Positions 9,556 through 19,548 are shown, counted from the first letter of the stretch. The stretch is DNA of 64,000 nucleotides from an uncultured delta proteobacterium (GCA_963716725.1 CAVQUB010000011.1:320001-384000); one strand, 5' to 3'. Translations and numbers: made by a program. Notes: a model not told the origin generated them from the letters alone.

Positions 9556-10664
9556 AGCGCCTGGGTGCACTGCTGGTGGTCGCCGCCTGCTCGGTCGCGA
9601 GCGAAGACCGTTCGTTCGACGCGCCCTCGCCGGACGACTTCCGATACGTGAGCGACATGCTCGCCAAGCGCTGCGGCTCCCTCGACTGTCACGGTCAAGT
9701 CGGTCGCGCGCTGCGGCTCTATGGAAGGTTCGGGCTTCGACTCGACCCGACTCACATCCCAGGCGGGCACATGGACACCCAAGAGGAGGTCGACGCGAAC
9801 TACGCCTCAGTGCTCACTCTGGAGCCGGAGATCCTCTCGGCGGTACGTCGTGATCGGGGAGGCGAGGCGGAACGGCTGACGCTCGTGCGAAAGGCGCGCG
9901 GCCAGTTGGGCCACAAAGGCGGCGTGGCGATCGACGCCGCCGGAACCCTGTGTTTTTCGTCGTGGCTCGCCGGAGAAGTGGACAAGAAGACCTGTTTTGA
10001 ATCGGCAGAACTGCCGAAGCCGGCAGGCTTCTCCCACGGCAGTGGCGGCAGCGGCGGCAGTGGCGGAGCCGGCGGCAGCGGCGGCACAATCAGCGGCGGA
10101 GCCGGCGGCAGCGGCGGCACAATCAGCGGTGGAGCCGGCGGCAGCGTTACGGGCGGCACCGGCGGCACACCGAGCGGTGGCAGCGGCGGGACGACGACGG
10201 GAGGCACCACGGGGACCGGGGGCGAGGCCGGCTGCGGCGGCGCGGGCGGTAGCTGTATCGACTTCTGGACTGACTTCTACGATCCGAAGTGCGTGGCCAA
10301 GCCGACGCCGGTCGATCACCTCGCCTACACGCATACCGATTGTCAGCCCTGCCACGGGCCAACGGGATCAGCGACGCAGTTCTTCATCGCCGGCATGATC
10401 TGGGATTGGGGCGCCAAGAAGGGCGCCGCAAAGATCGAAGTCGGCCTGCGCGACGACAAGACCTTCGTCTACACCTGCACCGACTCGGCCGGGTTCTTCT
10501 CGGTACCCGCGGCCGGCTCCCCCGCCGTGAACTGGCTCACGGTGGAGACCCGCATGCGCGGCGAGCTCGGCGAGAAGACCATGCCCGCCGAGAAGGAGCA
10601 CAAGCCAGGCTGCAACGACACCAAGTGCCACGGGCACGCCGAACATCAGCTGTGGGCACCCTGA
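9552..10664 (+). CDS. multiheme c-type cytochrome lipoprotein with Gly/Thr-rich linker
   Basis: ATGA overlap; lipobox VAAC; CGSLDCH, CQPCH, CNDTKCH. Confidence 0.7.
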   Translation: MKRLGALLVVAACSVASEDRSFDAPSPDDFRYVSDMLAKRCGSLDCHGQVGRALRLYGRFGLRLDPTHIPGGHMDTQEEVDANYASVLTLEPEILSAVRRDRGGEAERLTLVRKARGQLGHKGGVAIDAAGTLCFSSWLAGEVDKKTCFESAELPKPAGFSHGSGGSGGSGGAGGSGGTISGGAGGSGGTISGGAGGSVTGGTGGTPSGGSGGTTTGGTTGTGGEAGCGGAGGSCIDFWTDFYDPKCVAKPTPVDHLAYTHTDCQPCHGPTGSATQFFIAGMIWDWGAKKGAAKIEVGLRDDKTFVYTCTDSAGFFSVPAAGSPAVNWLTVETRMRGELGEKTMPAEKEHKPGCNDTKCHGHAEHQLWAP

Positions 10665-10813
10665 GGCTTGTCCGCTAAGATCCCAGCGTGGAGACCGAGT
10701 CTGTGAAGCCGATGGCAGGGTTTGGGCTGGGCCTCGGGGTGGCACGCACGACCGGCTTCATCGGAGCGGCGGCTTGGGCGCTCTTCGTCGCATCGGCACC
10801 CTGACCCGTCTCC

Positions 10814-11272
10814 ATGGTCGTCTTCGAGTCCATCGTCAAACCGCTGCACTTCCTGCACCTGCTGGCGGGCCTCTCGAGCGTCGCGTCGTGCGTCCACTTG
10901 TTGCTGCGTCTGTTCTCCAAGCGCCACGACCCTCGCCTGCGGACTCACGCCACGGTGCTGGGGGTCACCTACGCTGCAACTTACTTGCTGGGCGCGATGA
11001 TCTACCCGACCTTCCGGGTCCGGGTGCGCGCCGCCCTTCTCGACACCCACTATCCGTGGGCCACTGGATTGTTCGAAATCAAGGAGCACGCGGCCAGCCT
11101 GGTGTTCATCCCGGTCTTGGCCATCGTGGTGCTGTCGCGGATCCTCGATCCCAATCAGGCGCTCGACCGGCGGCACCTGCTGCTCACGCGCGCGTTGACG
11201 GCCCTCGTACTGGTCGTGCTCGTCTTCAACGCGAGCGCCGGCTGGTACCTCGGCACGATCCGGAGCGTGTGA
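10814..11272 (+). CDS. 4-TM membrane protein with several His residues
   Basis: four hydrophobic helices; LHFLHLL, VHLLL, LFEIKEH. Confidence 0.7.
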   Translation: MVVFESIVKPLHFLHLLAGLSSVASCVHLLLRLFSKRHDPRLRTHATVLGVTYAATYLLGAMIYPTFRVRVRAALLDTHYPWATGLFEIKEHAASLVFIPVLAIVVLSRILDPNQALDRRHLLLTRALTALVLVVLVFNASAGWYLGTIRSV

Positions 11273-11273
11273 G

Positions 11274-11627
11274 GTGCGCCGTCAAGAAGCCCTGGTGATC
11301 GGCCTGAGCGCGAGCGTCGTCGTGGCGGCGGCGCTTTACCTGGCGCGCCCGCCGGCTCCGGTCTACTACCCAATCGAACACGCGCTGCGCTGGGAGGTGA
11401 CCCCGGGCATCGCCATGCATTGGTACGGCCGGTCGCTCATGGCCATCGGCGGCGGCGTCGCCACCCTGCTCGTCGCCCGGCTGCTCCTGCCCCGCTTTGC
11501 TCAGAAATGGGACACAGAGCCGCCACCGTGGCTGCCCAGAGCGCTCGCGGTGATCACCCTGGCGACCCTCGTGTTTGCGCTCGGTCACACAGTGGTGCAC
11601 GAGTACCGCGACTGGATGACGAGGTGA
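11274..11627 (+). CDS. small 3-TM membrane protein
   Basis: hydrophobic segments, MHWYGR; starts 1 bp after the upstream gene. Confidence 0.65.
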   Translation: MRRQEALVIGLSASVVVAAALYLARPPAPVYYPIEHALRWEVTPGIAMHWYGRSLMAIGGGVATLLVARLLLPRFAQKWDTEPPPWLPRALAVITLATLVFALGHTVVHEYRDWMTR

Positions 11628-11694
11628 CGGAGTGCGGGGCCGGCGGGACGTTGCCGAAGGCGGACAGCGAGGCGCTTTGGTAAGCTCGCAGGCC

Positions 11695-13551
11695 ATGACG
11701 CGTTGGTTCGGAGCGATCGCGATCGTGGCAGCGGCTGGCTGCCGCTCGCCCAGCACGGCCGGGTCGGATGCAACCGCGCCGCCGGCGGTCTCGGCAGCAC
11801 CGGCTGCGTCCGCGAGCGCAGCGCCTAGCACGGGCTCTCACCCGCTCGCGCTCGCCCTGCTCCCAGCTGCGGCGCCGCTCGAGCTCGACGACGGCTGGAC
11901 CTGGCAGAGCCCGCTGCCTCAGGGCAACGTTCTCGCAGCGGTCTGGGGTGCCGGCGATCGCGTGTGGGCGGTTGGCAAGTCGGGCACCATCGTGATGCAC
12001 GACGGCAAAGGCTGGTCGATGCAAGCCAGCGGCACCGACCGGAGCTTGAACGCCGTCTCGGGCACGGGCCCCGAAGACGTGTGGGCCGCGGGCGACGGCG
12101 GCACGGTGGTGCACTTCGACGGCAAACGCTGGCAGCCCAAGCAGACCGGCGTCGACTTCGGCATCAACGGGCTCTGGGCCCTCGATCCGAAGCGCGTCGT
12201 CGCCGTCGGCAAAGACGGCCGCGCGGCGCACTACGACGGCAAGATCTGGCGCCAGGAAGCCACCGGCCTGAGCCAAGAACTGAAAGGCGTCTGGGGCAGC
12301 GGCAAGACCGTGATCGCGGTCGGACGAGATGGTGCGGTCACCCGCAACGACGGCAGCGGATGGAAACCGGAGCCTATCGCCTCGACCCCGTATCTCCGCG
12401 CCGTGTGGGGGAGTTCCCTCGATCAGGTCTTTGCCGTCGGCACACCCGGCGATCCCGTCTACCGCCACGACGGCAAGAGCTGGATGCCGATGCCCGCCGG
12501 CACCCTCGAGAGCCGCCGGGCGCTATTCGGGAACTCCGACAAGTCGATATTCGCGGTTGGCGACTACGGACAACTCACGCGCTTCGACGGAACGCGCTGG
12601 ACCCCGGAGGGTCGGCTGCCGGTGGGCGAAGCCGGAGGACTCTGGGTCTCGCCGCAAAGCGAGGTCGTCGCGGTCGGCCCGGGCGGGCGCACGTTCCATG
12701 GCGTTGGCGAAGTGTGGAAGGGCTATGCGAGCCCGACCTACCAACGCCTGGTGGGCATCTGGGGGAGCGGTGCCAGCGACACCTGGGTGGTCGGTGATCG
12801 GGGCACGATCCTGCACCACGACGGATCGAGCTGGACCGCGACGACCTCAGGGACCACCGAATACCTGACGGACGTCGCGGGCCGAAGCCCCACCGACGTC
12901 TTCGCGGTCGGGGTCAAGGGCGTCATCCTACACTACGACGGTAAGAGCTGGGCGTCGCAGCAGAGCGGCGTGACTGACGTTCTCGGCGGAGTGTGGTGCG
13001 GGAGCACCTCGACCATCGCGGTCGGACGCAACGGCATCATCCTGCGTCGCGACGGCGACGCCTGGAAGCGCGAACAGAGCGGCACGACCAGGTTCCTCAA
13101 TGCCGTCTGGGGCTCCGCCCCGGACCGCGTATTCGCCGTTGGTGAATACGGAACCGTGCTGCTGTACGACGGCAAGAGCTGGCAGCCCGCCGCGAGCGCA
13201 ACCAGCGCGACCCTCAACGCCGTTTGGGGAACGGGTCCAACCGACGTATTTGCGGTGGGGAACGACGGCACGGCCGTTCACTTCGACGGCACGCGCTGGC
13301 GGTCCATCGGCAAGGGGCTCGAGGCCTACGCTGCCAAGAAGGAGCTGCTGCACGACGTGTGGGCTACGAGCAAGAAGGACGTGTGGGCGGTGGGCGCCGG
13401 AGGCAAGATCTTTCACTACGACGGGCGCGTTTGGACGCAATCCACGAATCGCGGCGGTCTGGTCCTCACGGGCGTCTGGGGCAGCTCGGCGAGTAGTCTC
13501 TACGCGATCGGGTGGGATGGAACCATCCTGCACCGAAGGACCGGGAAGTAG
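11695..13551 (+). CDS. lipoprotein with 14 tandem beta-propeller blade repeats (LxxVWGSGxxDVWAVGxxGxILHYDGxxW)
   Basis: lipobox AAGC; 14 repeats of ~40 aa counted. Confidence 0.85.
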   Translation: MTRWFGAIAIVAAAGCRSPSTAGSDATAPPAVSAAPAASASAAPSTGSHPLALALLPAAAPLELDDGWTWQSPLPQGNVLAAVWGAGDRVWAVGKSGTIVMHDGKGWSMQASGTDRSLNAVSGTGPEDVWAAGDGGTVVHFDGKRWQPKQTGVDFGINGLWALDPKRVVAVGKDGRAAHYDGKIWRQEATGLSQELKGVWGSGKTVIAVGRDGAVTRNDGSGWKPEPIASTPYLRAVWGSSLDQVFAVGTPGDPVYRHDGKSWMPMPAGTLESRRALFGNSDKSIFAVGDYGQLTRFDGTRWTPEGRLPVGEAGGLWVSPQSEVVAVGPGGRTFHGVGEVWKGYASPTYQRLVGIWGSGASDTWVVGDRGTILHHDGSSWTATTSGTTEYLTDVAGRSPTDVFAVGVKGVILHYDGKSWASQQSGVTDVLGGVWCGSTSTIAVGRNGIILRRDGDAWKREQSGTTRFLNAVWGSAPDRVFAVGEYGTVLLYDGKSWQPAASATSATLNAVWGTGPTDVFAVGNDGTAVHFDGTRWRSIGKGLEAYAAKKELLHDVWATSKKDVWAVGAGGKIFHYDGRVWTQSTNRGGLVLTGVWGSSASSLYAIGWDGTILHRRTGK

Positions 13552-13609
13552 CCGGCACCCCTCCGAGGACCCGCGCGCGACCGCCCTTCGTGTATCCTCG
13601 GCCCCCAGC

Positions 13610-15148
13610 ATGTTCGACTGGGGCAGCGATCCCCGAGCACCCGAGCAGATCCCGGGAGTCCTCGGGCGCTACGAAATCCTCCTGCCCATAGCCAGCGGGG
13701 GCGTGGCGACAGTGTACCTCGCGAGCTCGACCGGCGCCGTTGGCTTCGAGCGTGACGTGGCCATCAAGCTGACGCACCGCCACTTGCGCGACAGCCCCGA
13801 GTTCTTCACGCAACTGGTGGACGAGGCGCGTTTGGCCGGGAAGATCCACCACCCGAACGTGGTCGGAGTGCACGACGTGGGCTTCGCGGATCGCAGAGCC
13901 TTCATCGTCATGGACTATGTAGAGGGCGAATCACTCTCGGTCGTCCAGCAGGTGCTCAGACACCGTGACGCGCGCATGCCGCTGGGCATCGCGCTGAAGA
14001 TCCTCCACGACGTGCTGTCGGGCCTGCACGCCGCGCACGAACTCCGCGGCGACGACGGCACGCCGCTCTGCGTGGTGCACCGAGACGTGACCCCTCACAA
14101 CATTCTGGTCGGTGTGGACGGGGTCTCGCGCTTGACGGACTTCGGGGTGGCCAAGGCTCACGCGCGCCTCACCAAGACGAGCCCGGGGCTGGTGAAGGGG
14201 AAGGTCGCGTACATGTCCCCCGAACAGGCGCAAGGCAAGGCCCTCGATCGCCGAGTGGACGTATGGGCCGTCGGCGTGGTGGCTTGGGAGCTATTCAGCG
14301 GATCTCGATTGCACGACGCCACGAATGACCCGGTGCTGATGCTGAAGATCGCACGCGAACCGCCGATGCGCCTGCGCCACGTTCGACCCGACCTGCCGCG
14401 AGAGTTCGATGCGGTGCTCGCTGGTGCGCTCTCGATGGACCCGCGCTCGCGCCCGTCGACGGCCGAGGCCTTCGCGGACGCGCTTCGCGAAGCGGCGGAG
14501 CAGGCCGGCGTCAAAACCGCAGACGCGCGCGAGGTCCGGGACTTCGTGCTCGATCTCGTGGGCCCCGAGCTCGAGGCCCGTCGGGACAAAGTGGCCGAAA
14601 TCCGCGCCCTCCGCCAGCGCTGGGTGGAGCTCGGCGGCCCCTCGGAGAGCGCGGCGGCCGACCGCCCACGGGCCGACGCGGCGCCGCGCCCGCCCCTCGT
14701 CGAGCAACTCGAAGCGACCGTCGCCCACGGGCCGGTGCTGCCTGCGCGCGCCCCGCGGCGCGCCTCCAGGCTCGGCGCGCTGCTGACGGTGATCCTCACC
14801 GCCCCGCTCCTGTCTCGTGCGTGGGTGGTGGCGTCGATCCTTCCCGCCGTCGCCCTGGCGCTCGCCTACGTGGTCGCGAGCGACGGGACGCCCAAGGTAA
14901 CGCGAGCGGTCTCGATGCCCGCGACGACTTCGAGCGCGAGCGCGCCGCCGGCAACGCCGAGCGCGAGCGCGCCGTCGACAGCACCGAGCGAACGCGTGCT
15001 CACACCGGCAGATCTGGCCGAGATCCCCCCGGCGGATGCGGCGCTCGACGTCGACGGGGTGATCACTCCCTTCGAGCTGGGCATCGAGCCGCCCCACGAT
15101 GCCCCGACCCCAGGCGCTCCAGGACGGCCACGACCGAGAACTCGCTGA
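13610..15148 (+). CDS. membrane-anchored Ser/Thr protein kinase
   Basis: IASGGVATVY, VAIK, HRDVTPHN, DFG, YMSPEQ. Confidence 0.9.
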   Translation: MFDWGSDPRAPEQIPGVLGRYEILLPIASGGVATVYLASSTGAVGFERDVAIKLTHRHLRDSPEFFTQLVDEARLAGKIHHPNVVGVHDVGFADRRAFIVMDYVEGESLSVVQQVLRHRDARMPLGIALKILHDVLSGLHAAHELRGDDGTPLCVVHRDVTPHNILVGVDGVSRLTDFGVAKAHARLTKTSPGLVKGKVAYMSPEQAQGKALDRRVDVWAVGVVAWELFSGSRLHDATNDPVLMLKIAREPPMRLRHVRPDLPREFDAVLAGALSMDPRSRPSTAEAFADALREAAEQAGVKTADAREVRDFVLDLVGPELEARRDKVAEIRALRQRWVELGGPSESAAADRPRADAAPRPPLVEQLEATVAHGPVLPARAPRRASRLGALLTVILTAPLLSRAWVVASILPAVALALAYVVASDGTPKVTRAVSMPATTSSASAPPATPSASAPSTAPSERVLTPADLAEIPPADAALDVDGVITPFELGIEPPHDAPTPGAPGRPRPRTR

Positions 15149-16683
15149 TGGCGGAGACCCCTTACCTCTCCGCGCTTTCGTCCGGGCTCGGGCGGCTCGA
15201 ACGAGTGCTCCTGCGGGTATGGCAGCTGCTCAGCGTGCTCGGAATCGCAACCGGGCTCGCCTATGGCGTGCTGGTGTCGCGACCGCTCGGGTTCGCGTGC
15301 GCGTTGGGCTCGTCGCTGTTCCTGATCTGGTTCGTCGTCGCCGGGCACCTCGCCGATCGCGGCGAGGCCCCCCGATCGCTGACCAGCATCAACGCCGCAG
15401 TGGAGGCCCTCGTCCCCTGGGCCTTCATGCTGGCGATCAGCGTGAGCAAGGGCGCCGAATACGCCCTGGCCTCGTGGGTGCCGCCGTTCCTGTTCTGCAG
15501 CTGCATCGTGACCCATGTGGCGCGACTCCGACTCTGGGCGCCGGCAGTCCTCGGGCTCTCGGGGGCGCTTGCTTACCCGCTGCTCTACTGGTCGTTCATC
15601 GTGGCGCGACTGCCGCCAAGTGCGCACGACTTCCTGATCAATCAGCCCTCGACGCAGCATGCTCGAACGGTGACGCTCGCCGTCTCCGGTCTGGTGGGCA
15701 CCCTCCTGGTGATGGGGCTCCACGCGGTGGTGACTGGCGCCGAAAAAGCCGCGCGTGAGCGCGAGCTCGGGGGAAGGTACCGTATCGTCCGCGATCACTC
15801 GTCCGGCGCCACCGGCGCGGTCTACGAAGGAGAATACTGCCCGGAAGGAGGCTTCACTCGTCGAGTCGCCATCCGCCGCTTTCACAGCCACGTCGCAGAG
15901 CACGCAGACTTGATGCATGGCTTTTGCACGGCCGCCGAAGAGACCGCACGGCTGGTGCACCCAAACATCGTGCAGGTGCTGGATTTCCTGCGCGCCGCTG
16001 GCTCACATTTCTTGGTCCTCGAGTGGGTCGATGGCGTCTCGCTGGACGCTTTGACGCGCAGCGCGCGGGCGACGCGGCAAGGGTTCGACCCGGAGCTGGT
16101 GGCCTACGTGGGCCTCGAGATGCTCGCCGGCCTCGCCCACGCCCACGCTGGAGTGCTCGGCGGCGACGGTGACCCCGTCTGCGTCTTGCACAGGGATCTG
16201 AGCCCCGATGCCGTGCTGGTATCGACCAACGGCGAGGTGAAGCTCGGCGGCTTCGCGGTCGCCTCGGCGTTGCGTGAATTCAACCGCCAGAGCGAAGGGC
16301 ACGTCGGCACCATGGCGCCGGAGTGCAGCGGCGGCGCCCCGGACGTCCGGAGCGATCTGTACTCCGGCGGCGCCATCCTCTGGGAAATGCTGCTCGGGCG
16401 CCGACGAGCGCCGGGGGAGAGCGTTTGCGTCACTGCCTCTCGCGCGGATCTCGCTCCCGAGTGGGACGCCTTCTTCGCTCGGGCCGTCGCCGACGACCCC
16501 GAAGCCCGGGCCGGGAGCGCAATGGAGCTCATGAGTCTGCTCGCGGCGGTCCCCCGGCGGGAAGCGAGCACGACGCGCAAACACCTCGCCAGCCTGGTGA
16601 CACAGCTGCGCGCGAGTCATGCGGCTCGCACCGGGGTCTTCGATGGGCTCAGCGCCGACGGTAGGGCCGTGGGTCGAGATTGA
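15148..16683 (+). CDS. multi-TM protein fused to a degenerate Ser/Thr kinase domain (pseudokinase)
   Basis: TGATG overlap; ~6 TM N-terminus; VAIRR, HRDLSPDA, KLGGF in place of DFG, MAPE. Confidence 0.8.
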   Translation: MAETPYLSALSSGLGRLERVLLRVWQLLSVLGIATGLAYGVLVSRPLGFACALGSSLFLIWFVVAGHLADRGEAPRSLTSINAAVEALVPWAFMLAISVSKGAEYALASWVPPFLFCSCIVTHVARLRLWAPAVLGLSGALAYPLLYWSFIVARLPPSAHDFLINQPSTQHARTVTLAVSGLVGTLLVMGLHAVVTGAEKAARERELGGRYRIVRDHSSGATGAVYEGEYCPEGGFTRRVAIRRFHSHVAEHADLMHGFCTAAEETARLVHPNIVQVLDFLRAAGSHFLVLEWVDGVSLDALTRSARATRQGFDPELVAYVGLEMLAGLAHAHAGVLGGDGDPVCVLHRDLSPDAVLVSTNGEVKLGGFAVASALREFNRQSEGHVGTMAPECSGGAPDVRSDLYSGGAILWEMLLGRRRAPGESVCVTASRADLAPEWDAFFARAVADDPEARAGSAMELMSLLAAVPRREASTTRKHLASLVTQLRASHAARTGVFDGLSADGRAVGRD

Positions 16684-17962
16684 GACGGCGAATCGCTTCG
16701 TAGAGCGCCGATCGCCCCATGCCCAGCAGCGCCGCGGCCGCGGCCACGTCTCCCGACGTCTGCTCGAGCGCCTCAGCCACGCGAGCGTGCTCGAGCTCCG
16801 TCGCGCTGATGGCCGACCGTCGCGGTGCCGGCAGCACCAGCAATGCGACGACGTCTTCGTCTCCGATCTCGGTGCGCCCCTTGCGGCGCGCGACCTCCAC
16901 GGCTGCTGCGACCACGTTTCGAAGCTCGCGCACGTTGCCCGGCCAGGGGTGAAGCATCAGGCGCTCGAGCGCGGCGTGAGACACCTCGGCGCCAGCAGAC
17001 GCCGCGAACGCCAGCGCCAGCAGCGGAACGTCCTCGCGCCGGTCGCGAAGCGGAGGCAGCCGAACCCGGAGGCCCGCCAGGCGGTGCAACAGGTCACCGC
17101 GGAATGCCCCGGACTCGATCAGCTCATCAACGTCGCGGTTCGTGGCAGCCACCACCCGCGTGTCGACCATCAGCGGTTGGTCATCGCCCACCGGACGAAC
17201 TTCGCCGGTCTCGAGGGTCCTGAGCAGCTTGGCCTGCACCGGGGCAGGCATCTCGCCGATTTCGTCGAGGAAGAGCGTTCCGCCATGCGCCGTCCGAAAA
17301 AGACCGGTGCGCTCCCGCGTGGCACCCGAGAACGCCCCCCGGGCGTGGCCGAACAGCTCCGCGTCCACCAGCTCGCCAGGCACGGCGGCGCAGTTCAGCG
17401 CCACGAAGGGACCCGGCCGCTCACTCGTCTCGTGCACGAGACGGGCAATGACCTCCTTGCCCGTGCCGGTCTGCCCGAGCACGAGCACCGGGCTCCGCGT
17501 AGGACCGATGGTGAGCACTGCGTCCCGCGCCTCGTCGAGGGACGCCCCGCCGATGAGACCCCGCAATTCCTCGGGTCGAGGCCTGAAGTAGGGGGCCACG
17601 TCGGCGACGACGAACAGGGCTCGGCCAACCCGCAGGACTGCCTGTCGACCCGCCAGCGCGGCGGACTTTCCGACCCGGACTCCGTCAACCCAAGTCCCGT
17701 TACGGCTGCCCAGATCCGTGACCAGCACCCCGTCGCCGCGTCGCTCGACGCGGGCGTGCTGTCGCGACGACCCCGGATCGTCCAATCGCAGATCGGCGGA
17801 CTCGTCGCGACCCATGCTGACGGGTCGTGAAAGGTCGACCGGCCTGAGCCCGACTCCGGTGCTTCCCGGGGCCATCAGCAGGCCAGTCACCGCCGGATCG
17901 CCGAAGCCGGAGACCGCGGCGAGGACATGTTCGGTGACGGTGCGCTCGGTCACGGCCGCCAT
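16649..17962 (-). CDS. FHA-domain sigma54-dependent transcriptional activator
   Basis: GR...SRQHA...DLGSRNGT (FHA); GQTGTGKE, GAFSGA, LFLDEIGE, WPGNVRELRN, C-terminal HTH. Confidence 0.92.
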   Translation of the reverse strand: MAAVTERTVTEHVLAAVSGFGDPAVTGLLMAPGSTGVGLRPVDLSRPVSMGRDESADLRLDDPGSSRQHARVERRGDGVLVTDLGSRNGTWVDGVRVGKSAALAGRQAVLRVGRALFVVADVAPYFRPRPEELRGLIGGASLDEARDAVLTIGPTRSPVLVLGQTGTGKEVIARLVHETSERPGPFVALNCAAVPGELVDAELFGHARGAFSGATRERTGLFRTAHGGTLFLDEIGEMPAPVQAKLLRTLETGEVRPVGDDQPLMVDTRVVAATNRDVDELIESGAFRGDLLHRLAGLRVRLPPLRDRREDVPLLALAFAASAGAEVSHAALERLMLHPWPGNVRELRNVVAAAVEVARRKGRTEIGDEDVVALLVLPAPRRSAISATELEHARVAEALEQTSGDVAAAAALLGMGRSALYEAIRRLNLDPRPYRRR

Positions 17963-17987
17963 TGTACTCGATGCGCGCCTGCCCCGC

Positions 17988-19118
17988 TCAGAGCCCGAGC
18001 CCCTTGGCGATGATCTCGTTCATGATCTCGGTCGTGCCGCCGCCGATGGGCAAGAGGCGGGCGTCGCGGCTCAAGCGCTCCACCCGCGTCTCGCGCATGA
18101 AGCCCATGCCGCCGAAGATCTGCACGGCCTCGTAGCAGACGCGCTGAGCCACCTCGGCGGCAAAGTTCTTCGCCATGCTCACCTCGGTGACCAAGTACTC
18201 ACCGTCTCGAACTCTGAGGGCGCACGAGTAGTCCAGGGTTCGTGCGGCTTCGACCTCGGTGGCCATGCGCGCGAGCTTGTGGCGCGTGACTTGAAAGCCC
18301 ACCAGCGGTCGACCAAAGGCCTGCCGCTCCTTGGCGTAAGCGATGGCATCTTCGAGGGCGATGGCCGCCGTGGCGTGGCCGTAAAAGGCCAAGGCCAGTC
18401 GCTCGTGCTGGAAATTCTTCATCAGCGCGACGAAGCCCGAGCCTTCTTCCCCGATGCGATTTGCTTCCGGGACTCGCACCTCGTCGAAGGCGAGCTCGGC
18501 CGTGTCGCTCGCACGCCAGCCAGTCTTCTTCAGGGCGCGTGAGACGGCAAAGCCCGGCATGCCCTTCTCGATCACGAAGAAGGTCAGTCCGCCGTGTTTG
18601 TCGGCGCCCGTGCGGGCCAGCACGCTCACTGTGTCGGCCCGGGCCCCGCTGGTGATGAACAGCTTGGAGCCGCTGATCAGGTAGTCACTGCCGTCTCGCA
18701 CCGCACGCGTCGAGATGCCAGCCACGTCGCTGCCTGTGCCGGGCTCGGTGATGGCGAGCGCGGCGACTTTCTCTCCCGCGAGCACCGGCGACACGAAGCG
18801 TCGCTTCTGCTCTTCGGAGCCCAACACCAAGATCGGGGGCAGCGCGATCCCCAGGCTGCCGAGGCCCGCCACGACGCCGCTCGAGCCGCCGGTGAGCAAG
18901 GCTTCGACACCGATCAGGCCGTGAAGCATGTCGCCGCCGCCGCCGCCGTACTCTTCCGGATAGGCCGCCGCGAGCACACCGGCCGCTGCGGCCTCCCGGT
19001 ACAGCTCCAGAGGAAAGAGCTCGGCCTCTTCCCACTCATCGGCGAAGGGGGCGATCTTCTCCTTGGCGAAGCGCAGGCAGGTCTGGCGGTAGAGCTCGTA
19101 GTGGTCGTCGAGCTTCAT
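17988..19118 (-). CDS. acyl-CoA dehydrogenase
   Basis: ALAITEPGTGSD, GSKLFITSG, RQAFGRPL, QIFGGMGF, IGGGTTEIM. Confidence 0.93.
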   Translation of the reverse strand: MKLDDHYELYRQTCLRFAKEKIAPFADEWEEAELFPLELYREAAAAGVLAAAYPEEYGGGGGDMLHGLIGVEALLTGGSSGVVAGLGSLGIALPPILVLGSEEQKRRFVSPVLAGEKVAALAITEPGTGSDVAGISTRAVRDGSDYLISGSKLFITSGARADTVSVLARTGADKHGGLTFFVIEKGMPGFAVSRALKKTGWRASDTAELAFDEVRVPEANRIGEEGSGFVALMKNFQHERLALAFYGHATAAIALEDAIAYAKERQAFGRPLVGFQVTRHKLARMATEVEAARTLDYSCALRVRDGEYLVTEVSMAKNFAAEVAQRVCYEAVQIFGGMGFMRETRVERLSRDARLLPIGGGTTEIMNEIIAKGLGL

Positions 19119-19135
19119 GCGGTCGGAGCTCCTGC

Positions 19136-19537
19136 CTAGTGACAGTTTTCGAAGGTCATGCTGGCGACGACGGTATTGCCACCGCCGGTACAATTCGCGG
19201 TGACGGAGCCCTTGATGTTCTTCACGCCGTTCACTTCGCTGTTCTGCAGCTCCATGACCATGCTGCCGCACCCCTCACCCAACATGTCGGTGAAGGTGCT
19301 GCCCGGCGGGAAGAAGTAGACTTGCACTTTGCCGTCCGGCTGCTGAAGGAAGCGCACACGTCGCCCGCCGCTGTCGAGGAAGTCCACGCCGCTGAACTTC
19401 GGCATATTCGCCTGTCCAGACCGACAGGTGTCCACCGCGAATGGCGCGCCGTTCACCGTGATGGTGCCGCTCGACTTGGACTTGCATGCCAGCAATGAGG
19501 CGACCACGAGAATCCCAAACGCGAGAGTTTGCCGCAT
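19136..19537 (-). CDS. small lipoprotein
   Basis: MRQTLAFGILVVASLLAC lipobox. Confidence 0.7.
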   Translation of the reverse strand: MRQTLAFGILVVASLLACKSKSSGTITVNGAPFAVDTCRSGQANMPKFSGVDFLDSGGRRVRFLQQPDGKVQVYFFPPGSTFTDMLGEGCGSMVMELQNSEVNGVKNIKGSVTANCTGGGNTVVASMTFENCH

Positions 19538-19548
19538 GACCACCGGAA

